Origin: Convolutriloba macropyga
Lineage: Eukaryota
DNA length: 64,000 bases
Assembly (NCBI RefSeq): GCF_964194025.1
Contig: NC_134468.1
Span: forward strand, 83,824,001-83,888,000
Direction: 5' to 3'
The position numbers were made by a program, and so were the translations under genes. Below are positions 13,000 through 25,207 of this stretch, in pieces (within the stretch, counting starts at the first letter, position 1; each line of letters opens with the position of its first letter). The notes under the pieces are model-generated. The model did not search any database. It was not told the origin of the DNA and was given only the letters and a program-made list of their open reading frames with translations.

Positions 13000-14800
13000 T
13001 GGCCTGCCGAGTTATCTTAGAAACGAACTAAATTACAAAGTGTTCAAGCAGATGCTAAAAACGATGCTTTTTTACCAAGCCTACTGATTCTTATTGATGC
13101 ACTTTTGAGATCAGAAAAAGTGCTAAAGCCTCCATCATAATCATCATTATTGTTCTCCTGTATCTTTTTGTACTCCTGTATGCGTGACCGGTTTCTAGCA
13201 TGTATTTTTGCTCGTTTAAGTGATTTAAGTTTTTGTCAAAAGAAACGGGATAAACTGTTAAAGCTTGAGGGCGATAAGTTGCTGTAGCTGTGGCGTGTAG
13301 CTGGTAAATTTTTCCATTTGATAGCTTTCAAACGTTTTTTGTTCTTCGGTCGGCTGTGATCCATTATCTCATGCAGAAACCAAAATGCTTCTTCTGGTAT
13401 CATAACTGTTTCGGGAAATTGACCAAAAAGCTGACTGCTAATTGGTCCCCATTCAGGATTAAAACTGGAGATAGCATTTTCGTGGTTTGGATAGCGGTTT
13501 GCTGCGTCCTGCAATCTATTGCATGTGCTCTTCCATGTCGCGGCCAAAGTTCTTAAAAATGGGTGAAAAATTGTCAAAGTTAAGATATTGTTCCTCTGGG
13601 ATTTCAAGACTGCTATCAGCAAGTTCAAGAGGGCTCCACTTTTGATTGTTCTGAGATTTTTTCACATTTGGTTGTTGGAAAGAATAACTTGCATTTACGA
13701 AGTCTTTAATCTTGTGCGTTTTCAACATCTTCAAACAGCAGCTGAATTTCTTTTCACAGACAGAAATCTTGTGTCCAGTGGTTCGAAAATCTTGTTAGAA
13801 TGATTACAAAATCTGCTCACCTAAAATCCGACTTTGTGCTTGTGGTTCGTTTTCTACATTGCGAAAGCGTTTTTGAAAGTAATCCTTGATCTGATAGTCG
13901 AATTTACTTCGTCAGTACTTTTGGGTGTGGTTTTTTGAAATAAAAAAGCACCATTTGTTAAGCAGTTAAACCTCTTTTGTGTCGAGTGGTTGAGCCATTA
14001 GATTTGTTAACATTTCCTCGCTGGTCAGTTTGTATTTGATTTTTCCAAATCAGACGAATCCGACGAACTATTGGATCTAAGAAGAAGAGATTGCTTAAAA
14101 ACGTCAGGAGTTCCTGCTCGCTGATTTTAATACAAACTATGCTGCCCGCGTATTTTTATGATACAATCTATCTTGCCTGTGTCCATGGTCTGTACAAATC
14201 AAGACTAATTAACAGCAAGAACAACAACAACAAGACCTACTTGGCTATCTTTAAAATGAAAACAACTATTACATACCGATTAGCAGTGAAGTTTTTAGGT
14301 GGTTTTCAGAACAGAGTAGATTGTAAAACTTTAAGTTGTTATTCAAATACTCTTCCTATCTACTTAGAAATGCATCCGAGTTAATTTTAAAGAGATAATG
14401 AAATAAAAAATTGGACACAAAAAGTTTTATCTACTGGAGTTTGCGCCCTTCTTCGTTCATTCTTTGCGCGCCAGATTTAAGCTTTTTTTGGCTTCACAGC
14501 AGTTTCCCATTTGCTGGACTTTCCTCTCCATCTGAGAAAACATCTAATTTTTAAGCGCATTTCGTCGTCATGAAGCAAACTAAATGGAATGGAGTGTCAA
14601 ATGTAAAGATTTCTCTTCAATGTATTTTGGAATTTTTGTTTTTTTTTTCAAAATGGAAAGCTTTTTTGCAAAACCATCATTGCTGTTGTTCGCGATTATT
14701 TTGTTTTGATACTGCTGTGAAGAATCCAACTCGACAATCTCAGTAGTCTTGTTAACTCTCATTGCTCAAATTATCTTCCTTTAAGTTGATATTAGAGGGA
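13000..14800 (-). pseudogene. Decayed intron-containing coding relic of unknown family (homolog at ~26000-27300)
   Basis: Broken minus-strand ORFs; shares ATCTATCTTGCC..GT.CATGGTCTGT and CATACCGATTA..AGTG blocks, with splice-like sites, with 26645-26830. Confidence 0.35.
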
Positions 14801-16439
14801 CTCATTCTCTTTTTAGTTGTTAGAATATGCAGTATTTCCGGTTTTTCACTCACTTGCGTCGTCCAATTTGTAAATTTTCCCAAATAATCGATTAAAAGTT
14901 GCATTTAGATTCTATCGAAATTGGGTCGGTTATGCAGCCGAAACAGCTGAAAGATCAACATTTTTTGTACGTTCTACTCTGACAACTGAGATGTGGGTTT
15001 CTTCATTGTTATTGTTCCGACCCCTCTTGAGGGGGGAGAAACTATATACTCAAATGGGTTTTTTTGTTCAGACAATTTTGACCGATCGATATATTAATCG
15101 TAGAGAGTTGTGAGCGGTATCATTAAAAAGCCCGTCCAGCGTAGAATATGGAATTAAAAAAGATTTTCATGAATTTTGTTTTCTAACGCGAGTTATCGTG
15201 GTTTAAATTTTTGTAAATATTAGAGCAATTGGTGAATATTAGACCGATTTTTGTTCACCTTTCTCAGAATTTTTGCGTGAAATTTCGTTAATTTTGGTTA
15301 AATATGTAAAAATTGTTAGCAATAATACTGTTGATTTTATTTTGAGAGTCAACATAGTTTTGTTTACTGTTTTTATCGAATTCTTTTAGCTAAAATTTCG
15401 GCTAAAAATCTCAAAATTTAGCAATTTTCAACAAAATTTGTCCGAAGTAAGCTACTGTAGTCCACTCTGATTCAATTTACTGGAAATACACGTCCAAAAA
15501 CACGTAACACAATTCTTGTTAATTCAAAAAAGCCAGTTCTAATTCCACTTTCATTGAGAGTAGTCTGGAATTAAAATTTAGCCGTTTTTTGCTAACTTTA
15601 CTCTATGATTATCAAAAAAGCAGCGTCTATTTTTGATCTTTTAACTAACAACTTATCAGGATCTATGACATTCGAAACAATTGAGTAATCCTAATCGACA
15701 AACAGCAACAGCAAGGCTGGTTTTGGTCAAGTCTTGGACTGTTAACATCGAAAAACATTTCGGATTGTAATCAGTCGGTCTTTTTTTAAATTAAATTAAA
15801 TGTTTTTTATGTCAATTAAATAACAGAACAATTCAAATTAAAGCTCACCTCACTGTTGATAGGTTCAATTGGCTTCCTAAGCAGTTCCAAATTAATGTAT
15901 CTTGTTTTTTAATGGAAAAGTTATGGTTGTTTTGACTTTTAAAAATGTTTTTTTGAATAAACAATGGCTTAATGAAATTTGCCAAATTTTTTTTTACTTT
16001 GGTCGTTTTCTGGCTTAGTGTCAGCAAAGAAAGATTGTTTCCTTTTCATCTTCTGTTCACTGAATTTAATTTTAAGCTTTTTTGCGGTATTATGCGTTAA
16101 GTTATGGTTTTTTGTCTTTGATACAACTAGTTTTCACAATTTTTTTCGATTAGGCCTTGACCCATTTTTCACCTTTTTTCTCGTTTTGTCACATTATCGA
16201 CAGTTCACATATTACCTTACTGGCGGTCAAAAAAGGCACAATGGAACATAGAAAAGTCTTTAAAGACTTAGAGTATGGTTTTAACGCTTCGACACCCCTT
16301 TCTCGAAGAATTTTTGAATTTTTACATTTGTCTTTAACTGTCGTTTTTTTGTCCTTTTTTTTGTATGATATTTGCTGGATAATTACAGGTTTCATCGGAT
16401 TTTTATGGAGGAAGGGATGAGCCAATATTCTGATTTGAG

Positions 16440-17620
16440 TTGATAGCTGATGGCTTCATGACTTAGAAAACAATTGTTTTCAAAAATAAAAAAACCTTTT
16501 TAACTTCGCATTTCAAATCTTTGTGTATGTTACCTAGTCTCGTTAATTACAGGTCCCATATGACATAAGTGTTTTCAGGGGAAGGTGCAAGTGTACCAAT
16601 TTTAATTGTGATTTTACTGGCTACAATACGGATTTTTCGCAGAAAAGAGTAAAGCATTTTTTGATTTTGTCTATTTGATGTTCTTTTTGTAGACGTAAGA
16701 CAAATTCGTTATAATTACAGATCTCAAGCTCTTGGACAAATAGATAAACCTATTTAATCATTTAATATTTTAGCTATTGTCTTTCATGAAAATAATTCTT
16801 CGAAAACTACAAGAGTTTTACTTATTTTTGCCCTTTTTTTCTGTTTTTGTCTACTGGTTACCCATTATCAATAATGAGAGGTTGCATACTGCATAATTAA
16901 GGTTTGAGAAAGGTTCAATTGAACATATTTTGGGGTGCAAAATATGGGTTTACAGCTTCGGAAGCGTTTTCTCGCACTTTTTAGTTTGTTTGTTGTTTTG
17001 TTTGAATTTTTGTTTGTTGTCTCTATTTATTGTTGTTTTTGTAACCGCATACAAAATTGAATAATGACAGTCTAAATGCCCTCCTATAGAATGGTGTGTG
17101 ATCATAAACATGTTGGAGGTTTTCAATTGCGATCTAATGGCTTTCATGACTTTGAGATAATTGTTTTCGAAAAATACAAAAATGTTACTGATTTTTGCCT
17201 CTTTTCTCCTTTTTGTCTACTTGTTAGCTGTACTCACCAATGAGAGGTCACATACCACTTCAACATTATTGGCGTTCGAAGGCTCATTTGAACATATTTT
17301 GAGGGTCAAAATTTGGCTTTACGTCTTCGGAAGTGTTTTCTCGCAAGTTTTAATTGAGTTTTTGTTTGTTGCCTCGATTTGTTGTTCTTTTTGTAACCTT
17401 ATTTGAAAAATGAATATTTACAAGTCCTAATGCTTTTTTAAAGGCGTATGTGATCATAAACATATTGGATGTTTTCAATTGCTATCTAATGGTTTTCATT
17501 ATTCTGAAATTTTTTGTTTTTAAAACAATAAGCCAATTTTAAATTTTTTTGTTCGTTTTTGTCTAATTGTTACCAAGCCTTATTATGGAGTGGTCCTATG
17601 TCTAGTAAAGTACAGGTTAG
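16440..17620. repeat. Degenerate ~340-350 bp tandem repeat, about 3.5 units
   Basis: ATGGCTTTCATGA...AATTGTTTTC.AAAA at ~16449, 16776, 17137 and 17488. Confidence 0.7.
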
Positions 17621-18424
17621 TTTGTTCTTTTTCATTTTTATTTGACGCTATTTTAACCTTATCAATAATCTTTTTTTCTAAAGCGGACATAAATTTTGGA
17701 TGTAATTAATGTTTGTTGTGTTTGTTTGATTTTGCTGATCGTCTTGACTTGCCTTCCTAATAATAGTTGATCTCATCAATCTAATGCAACTTTTTTTTAC
17801 TCCACTGAGTCATTGGCTTCGGAGGCGATCTTTTTGTTCATACATTTTTTGAAGATTACTTGCAAAAAAAACTGAAATACTATCAGTTGTTCATTTGGTA
17901 GACATCTATGCCAAAAATTTGGATGAGCGGTGTCTGAACTTTATGTACAAACGCACATTACCAAGCCTCCTTGGTGGCTCCATTGTCTTTGGTTACTTGG
18001 CAGTGATACAGCTCGCTCCTGCTTGACAGTCGCAATATTTCGATACTTGGGTTGCTCTTGGGGTTTTCTGAAAGGGTTATGGGTTTTCTGACCATGTTTC
18101 CTAAAATGGTTTATTTCTGGTATAGGGTTTGCCAGATTCGGACCAGCATAGGGACAATTTATTTACCAGGAATGGACCCCAGAAACGGACCAGAGATATT
18201 CCTTACCAGAAACGGACCAAGATCGCCCAGAAATGGACCTTGACAAATCCCAGAAACGGACCTGACTATTTAGGGTTAGGGGATGGGTCCAGAAACGGAC
18301 CCTCGTGGAAAAATCCCCCAAAGGCCCTAAAAAGGTGGGAGTTGAACCCCAAACGTCTGAAATAACCACAAAACGCCTTTATAAACCAAAGAAAGTCCAA
18401 AATTGAAAGAATTCGTGGTTCTGT

Positions 18425-18730
18425 ATCATTTTGGTGCCCCTCCTCCTTTTTCATCCTGGGCTTAGGACCAGGCATTGGCGGAGTTACAACCGTTGTTTAA
18501 CAATTTTGAGTTTGGTGTCCCTCTTCCTTTCTCATCCTGGACTTGGGACCAGGCAACGGCGGAGTTGCCACCTTTTGTTTTGAAACTATTTTGGTGTCCC
18601 TCCCCCTTTCTCCTGGAATTGGGACCAGGCAATGGCGGAGTTACCACCTTTTGTTTTGAAACTGTTTTGGTGTCCCTCCTCCTTTCTCAACCTGGACATG
18701 GGACTAGGCAATGGCGGAGTTACCACCCAT
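18425..18730. repeat. ~76-82 bp tandem repeat x4
   Basis: TTTTGGTGTCCCTCCTCCTTTCTCATCCTGGACTTGGGACCAGGCAATGGCGGAGTTACC recurs; only one unit in the other element copy, at ~48544. Confidence 0.9.
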
Positions 18731-18784
18731 CCATATTTAATAGCGATGTCGATTTTTTACACCAATACATCCATTTTTTGCCAA

Positions 18785-19530
18785 GGATGTCGGGTGGCCT
18801 GCCTTCATTTGACAAAGGCAGATTTAGTCACCTGAACCATTTGGCGGGTTCAGAAAACTTTTCAGACCACAACCAGCGTTGTGATCTATTACTAAGCTGA
18901 CGGATGTCGGGTGGCCTGCCTTCATTTGACAAAGTCAGTTTCAGTTATCTGAACCAATTGGCGGGTTCAGAAAACTTTTCAGACCACAACCAGTGTTGTG
19001 ATCTATTACTCAGTTGACAAATGTCGGGTGGCCTGCCTTCATTTGACAAAGGCATTTTTATTCATCGGAACCAATTGGCGGGTTCAGACAACTTATCAGA
19101 TCACAACCAGCGTTGTGGTCTATTACTCTGCTGACGGATGTTGGGTGGCCTGCCTTCATTTGACAAAGGCAGTTTTAGTCATCTGAACCAATTGGCGGGT
19201 TCAGACAACTTTTCAGACCACAACCAGCGTTGTAATCTATTACCCAGCTGGCGGATGTCGGGTGGCCTGCCTTCATTTGACAAAGGCAGCTTCAGTTATC
19301 TGAACCAATTGGCGGATTCAGACAACTTTTCAGACCACAACCAGCGTTGTGATCTATTCCTCAGCTGACGGATGTCGGGTGGCCTGCCTTCATTTGACAA
19401 AGACAGTTTCAGTCATCTGAACCAATTGGCTGGTTCAGACAACTTTTCAGACCACAACCAGCGTTGTAATCTATTACCCAGCTGGCGGATGTCGGGTGGC
19501 CTGCCTTCATTTGACAACCAGAACCAGCGT
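18785..19530. repeat. 117-bp tandem array, 6 full units plus a partial unit, hairpin-rich
   Basis: GGATGTCGGGTGGCC-type starts at 18785, 18902, 19019, 19136, 19253, 19370 and 19487. Confidence 0.95.
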
Positions 19531-19559
19531 TTTTTGACGATGGATGTCGAGTGGCCTGC

Positions 19560-21216
19560 CTCTTTTTAACTGAGGCAATTTTCTCTTGTTTTGCAGCGTT
19601 TGACGATGTTGCCGGTAAGCTTACCAAGCCCTGGGTTGAATTCAGTTCTCCTCCCATCTTCGTCGTGTTTCCTCATCCTCGTCGAAGATCTCCTGGGGAA
19701 CCTGGGTTCCCCTCCTATCTTTGTCGTGTCTCCTCATCCTCGTCGAAGATCTCCTGGGGAACCTGGGTTCCCCTCCTATCTTTGTCGTGTCTCCTCATCC
19801 TCGTCGAAGATCTCCTGGGGAACCTGAGTTCCCCTCCTATCTTTGTCGTGTCTCCTCATCCTCGTCGAAGATCTCCCGGAGAACCTACCGTCGACCACTC
19901 GCTTGGGGTTCACTCACCAATCCATTTTCAGCAAGAGGACATCATAGAGGTTGATGTCGAAACCTCTCTACCAACCTACCTACCTACCTATCTACCTACC
20001 TACCTACCTACCTACCTACCTGCCTACCTACCTGCCTACCTACCTGCCTACCTACCTGCCTAACTACCTGCCTACCTACCTACCTGCCTAACTAACTACC
20101 TACTTATTTATCTAGCAACCTGTTCTCTGTCACTGCTGCCTTTCTTTCTTGCATGCCGTTGCTTTTTTCTTTGCTGTCTATCGCCGATACATGTCGTTGA
20201 TGCCTGTCGTTGCCGTCTGTCAATGTTGTCTGCTGTTGCAGTTTGTCTTTGCTGTCAGTTGTTGCAAGGTGTCGTTGTTGTATATAGTTGCTCTTCGCCG
20301 TTGTTGAATTGCGTTGCTTGCTGTCTTTTATCTATGTGGGTGCGTTCTCTCTCTCTCTCTCTCTCTCTCGGGTTTATGTCGTTGCTACCAGTCATTGCAG
20401 TTTGTTGTTTCTTTAGTTTTCCATGTTACTTAAAATCGATAGCCTGCTTCTTTTGGACTGAAACAGGCTTTATTGCAGCCTTTGACGATGCTGCCGATAA
20501 GCTTACCAAGCCCTGCGTCGAACTCGTTTCTCCTCCTATCTTCTTCGTGTTTCCTCATCCTCGTCGAAGATCTCCTGGGGAACCTGGGTTCCCCTCCTAT
20601 CTTTGTCGTGTCTCCTCATCCTCGTCGAAGATCTCCTAGGGAACCTGAGTTCCCCTCCTATCTTTGTCGTGTCTCCTCATCCTCGTCGAAGATCTCCCGG
20701 AGAACCTACCGTCGACCACTCGCTTGGGGTTCACTCACCAATCGATTTTCAGCAAGAGGACATCATAGAGGTTGATGTNNNNNNNNNNNNNNNNNNNNNN
20801 NNNNNNNNNNNNNNNNNNNNNNNNNNNNNNNNNNNNNNNNNNNNNNNNNNNNNNNNNNNNNNNNNNNNNNNNNNNNNNNNNNNNNNNNNNNNNNNNNNNN
20901 NNNNNNNNNNNNNNNNNNNNNNNNNNNNNNNNNNACCTACTTATTTATCTAGCAACCTGTTCTCTGTCACTGCTGCCTTTCTTTCTTGCATGCCGTTGCT
21001 TTTTTCTTTGCTGTCCGTCATTGCTGTCTATCGCCGATACATGTCGTTGATGCCTGTCGTTGCCGTCTGTCAATGTTGTCTGCTGTTGCAGTTTGTCTTT
21101 GCTGTCAGTTGTTGCAAGGTGTCGTTGTATATAGTTGCTCTTCGCCGTTGTTGAATTGCGTTGCTTGCTGTCTTTTATCTATTTTCGTTGCTTGCTGTCT
21201 TTTATCTATGTGGGTG

Positions 21217-21247
<31 letters not shown>

Positions 21248-21555
21248 GGGTTTATGTCGTTGCTGCCAGTCATTGCAGTTTGTTGTTTCTTTAGTTTTCC
21301 ATGTTACTTAAAATCGATAGCCTGCCTCTTTTGGACTGAAACAGGCTTTATTGCAGCCTTTGACGATGCTGCCGATAAGCTTACCAAGCCCTGCGTCGAA
21401 CTCGGTTCTCCTCCTATCTTCTTCGTGTTTCCTCATCCTCGTCGAAGACCTCCCGGGGAACCGAAGTTCCCCTCCCATCGTCGTGTCTCCTCATCCTCGT
21501 CGAAGATTTCCCGGAGAACCTACCGTCGAACATTCGCTTGGGGTTCACTCACCGT
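19560..21555. repeat. Higher-order ~880-bp triplication containing 61-bp subrepeats, (CCTA)n and (CT)n
   Basis: AAGCTTACCAAGCCCTG at ~19617, 20499 and 21377; 61-bp unit with GGGGAACCTGGGTTCCCC; (CCTA)n at 19970-20103; gap at 20779-20934. Confidence 0.9.
20779..20934. other. Assembly gap (probably a CCTA microsatellite)
   Basis: Run of N at the position equivalent to (CCTA)n in the preceding unit. Confidence 0.95.
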
Positions 21556-24500
21556 ATTCAAATTATCATCTGCAAAATATGCTTGTCCTATCATCACCAA
21601 TTGACAGATGAAGGTAACTGGTGTCGTAGCTGTCGTTGTCTTTGGGAGTTCAAGCTGTGTTCATGTTGAAGTCGTTGCTGTTGCTTCTAATTAGTTGTTG
21701 TCGTCACTGTCTTCGTTGTACTTCATTTGTTGGTGCTGTTCATGACTTTGCTGCTGCTGTTGCTGTATTGTCGCTGTTGCTTTCATATCGCTGTTGTTGT
21801 CGTTGTTGTTTTCGTCGTCGCAGATATCGTACATAGGAGTCCCTCCTCCTTATCTCATCCTGCGCTTGGGAACAGGCAATGGCGGAGTTTCCTCCCTCCC
21901 TCCTTTTTCTGGTTTTTTCTTTTTCTATTTTTTTGTCTTTTGTGGGTTCTATTTTTTCCCTTTTTCTCTTTTCTTTGTGGGTTCTCTTTTTTTGCTTCTC
22001 TTTTTTGGATTTTCTTCTTTTTTCTTTCTTCTTTTGCGGGTTCTATTTTTCCCTTTTTTTTCTTTTTTGTGGTTTCTTTCCCTTTCATTTTGATTGAAAA
22101 GTAAATAAACGTGTTGACAGTTTTATAAAAATTTACAAGTTAATGCGTCGACTATAACTGATCACAAATAACAAATAGTGAGCATTCTTTCCGAAGTAAA
22201 ACATAAAGCAATAAAATTACTGTTGCAAGTAATCAAATAAGATGAGTAAATCCGAAGATTAAATAACCTAGGTATTTTCAAAACTTTTCTTCATCAAGAA
22301 TGCTTACAATTTGCTCCACCAAATAATCATCAGTTTAACAAAATAAAATAAGAAGTTTGAATTTCTGTTTTGAGTTGAGTTTGGTTTTCAATCACTATCT
22401 CTGGTCTGTTTCGCGAAGTGTTTGTCAACTACTTTGTTTAGAGTATTGAGAGCGGCTAGGTGCATCGGTAACCGGAATCTCTGAATAGTTGAGAGAAGTT
22501 AACTCGCTTTGACCTAAATCGTAAGTACAGTCGTGCACATAGATTGTAATCCTCGTTGGACAATTGATATCGTTGTTGACTTGAACGTTAATTTCTTGTT
22601 TTCAATGGCTTTGCTACTTTTTCCTCTGTCAGTTCTTCATCTTCATCCTCCTCGTCTGATGCTGCGAAACTTTGCTGTTCCTGAGTCATCTCAGTTTCAG
22701 AATTTTCGTCGTTACTGTAACTTTCGCAAGTGTATTCAATGGCTGGTTGGTTGTTTTCCGCTATTTCGTCTCGAGATGATCCTTGTGTTGACTCGATGGC
22801 TGGTGTTTTGTCCTTCTCGGTAAGGTTCTCAATCATGAGGCTGGTGAATGCTGCGTTCTCCGCTTTTTGTCGTTCAAGGTTGTTATAGGAGGTTACACAA
22901 AATAAAATTGCACTTTTTCTTTCTAAACTTTTGCTGTAGGAAGCAAATATTCCTAAAGAAACGAATTACTTTCAAGTATTCTGTATTCTGTCCGCCTGAG
23001 GGGTTTATATAGGCATCCAATGTGTTTTTAAAATATATTTTCCAACTCCCCATATTTCCTAAAATTTTGCTGTAGGAAGCTAAAATACCTGGAGAAACTA
23101 AATACTCTCAAGTAATCTATATATTATGGCATCCTGAAAGGTTTATAAACAAGGCGTCTAATATGTATGAAAACTATATTTTCAAACTCCCCTGATATAG
23201 GAGATTATATCAATTTATTAAATTTGCACTTTTTGGTCCAAGATTGGTAAGATAACATGAACAGGTATGATTGTTTTATTCATAAGATAACGAATATTGG
23301 CTCAAAATGCTTTATATATAGCTCATTGTGAAGCTTTTTTTTATAAACTTTGCAGCCATGTTTTTTCCTTATATCAATGTTGTTTGTGAAGGTGCCTAAA
23401 ACGGCATCAAACACACAACAGAAATCGAGTCAATTTTGACTTGATAAACAGTGGCTATTTCCGACACCCTATAATAATGGTACAGGTAAAATTTTGAAAA
23501 GCTATTGATTAGATAAGAGGGCGAGGTTTAAAAAACTAGCACTTTTTGACCGTTTAGGTACGTTTATGGTACCTGTAGTGCTTAGGTCCAAGATTGGTAA
23601 GACACCACTTGTGATTGTTTTACTCATAAGGTAACAAATGTTGGCTTAAAATGGTTCATGTATAGCTCATTTTAAAGCTATATTAATAAGCTTTGCAGCA
23701 GAGTATAATACTCTCAACAGATGTTGGCTGGAAATGTACCTAAAATGGCATCAAGCATAAAAGAAAAATCGAGACAATTATTACTTGGCAAATAGTGGCT
23801 AAGTCCGCCCACTTTTAGGAATGGTACCATAGCCCTATATAAAGTTTTGAAGTCTCCTTGTATAGACAATTGCGCGACATTAAATTTTTTTTATGACCAT
23901 TTGGGTGCGTTTATGCCTTCTAGAAGCACTGGTTACCGAGTTGAATGTCCGACTTTTATTTGATGTGAAATTTCTCCACGAATATTGGCTCAAATGAGTT
24001 GATCGATAGCTCATTTTAAAGCCTGGCATCTCTTTGTAGCCATATAGTTTGTAAGATCTTCGGGTGGATGTAACTATCAATTTTGGGCAGGAACGTCAAT
24101 TTTTAGATATCGCCCTAAAAATTTTTCTAAACACCAGATGAGTTGACCACCTTACCAGGATATTCTAATAACAAATCATATATGGTTGCAAAGCTACTGA
24201 GCTTTAGTTTACGTAGATATACAAAAAATTGACAATAAACACCTGGGAACTACTTCAAATCTAGGCCAGAACGCATATTTCATTTCTTGAAAAGGTGACT
24301 TTGTCTTTCATGGCAAAGTTTATCAACAAATATTGGTCCAAAAGCAACAATATCTAGCTAATTTTAAAGCTTTTGAAACATACTTTGCGCTCATGCAATA
24401 AAAAAAATAGGCTTTTACAAGCTTTTTTGTGGACTTTTCACTCAGTGAGCTGTATGCAATGTTTGCCAAATAAGCGCAGCAACTTTTGGTCATGAACCAT

Positions 24501-25047
24501 TTTTTTGGCTATAATATTGTAGTAATGACCTAGGGGCTGCAAATTTAGAATTTTTCCTGGCCGGAACCGTTGCCTGTTTATCAAAAAGTAGTTTAGAAGT
24601 TGATCTATGACGAATTGTACAAAAAAAAGTCCGAACTCGCGAAAATTTTTTTCGAAGTTGAGCTCCAATAAGTCAACAAATACTGAACCGATTTTGTTGA
24701 TATATAGCTTGTTGTAAAGCTTGATTGAAACTGTACGACGCATTTAAAGGATATTGCTCTATCTTGCAGAGAAGTTAATGAAATGACCTCCAGAACGCGA
24801 AGTGGTCCGATCTCCGCTATACCAGAAACGGACCACAAGAGGGTAACGTTCCCCTAAACCGTAAAAAGTGCAACTTAGCGCCCGAATTTGAAACAAATAG
24901 CATGGCTGAATTCCTCGTCGAAAAACAGTCAGTTATGCCAAATTTCAGAATCGGGGATTTTACTTGTCTTCAAAGTACAATCTGCCTAATAAGGTCAGGT
25001 TGTATTATAACTTCGGATTTTTGAGGTTCAGTGACAAGTGATGTTTT

Positions 25048-25207
25048 NNNNNNNNNNNNNNNNNNNNNNNNNNNNNNNNNNNNNNNNNNNNNNNNNNNNN
25101 NNNNNNNNNNNNNNNNNNNNNNNNNNNNNNNNNNNNNNNNNNNNNNNNNNNNNNNNNNNNNNNNNNNNNNNNNNNNNNNNNNNNNNNNNNNNNNNNNNNN
25201 NNNNNNN
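25048..25207. other. Assembly gap
   Basis: Run of N. Confidence 1.

Noticed and set aside
18785-19530. Selenoprotein or readthrough repeat protein (TGA/TGG alternation in a 39-codon unit), or hammerhead ribozyme
   Set aside because: No recognisable SECIS and no coding-type substitution bias; no CTGATGA...GAAA core found on either strand.
18425-19885. CRISPR-like appearance of regular palindromic repeats
   Set aside because: The units are contiguous tandem copies with no unique spacers, there are no cas genes, and the context is eukaryotic.
21636-22104. Phe-rich membrane-protein-like ORFs (also 49408-49723)
   Set aside because: Products of T-rich low-complexity sequence within the mobile element.
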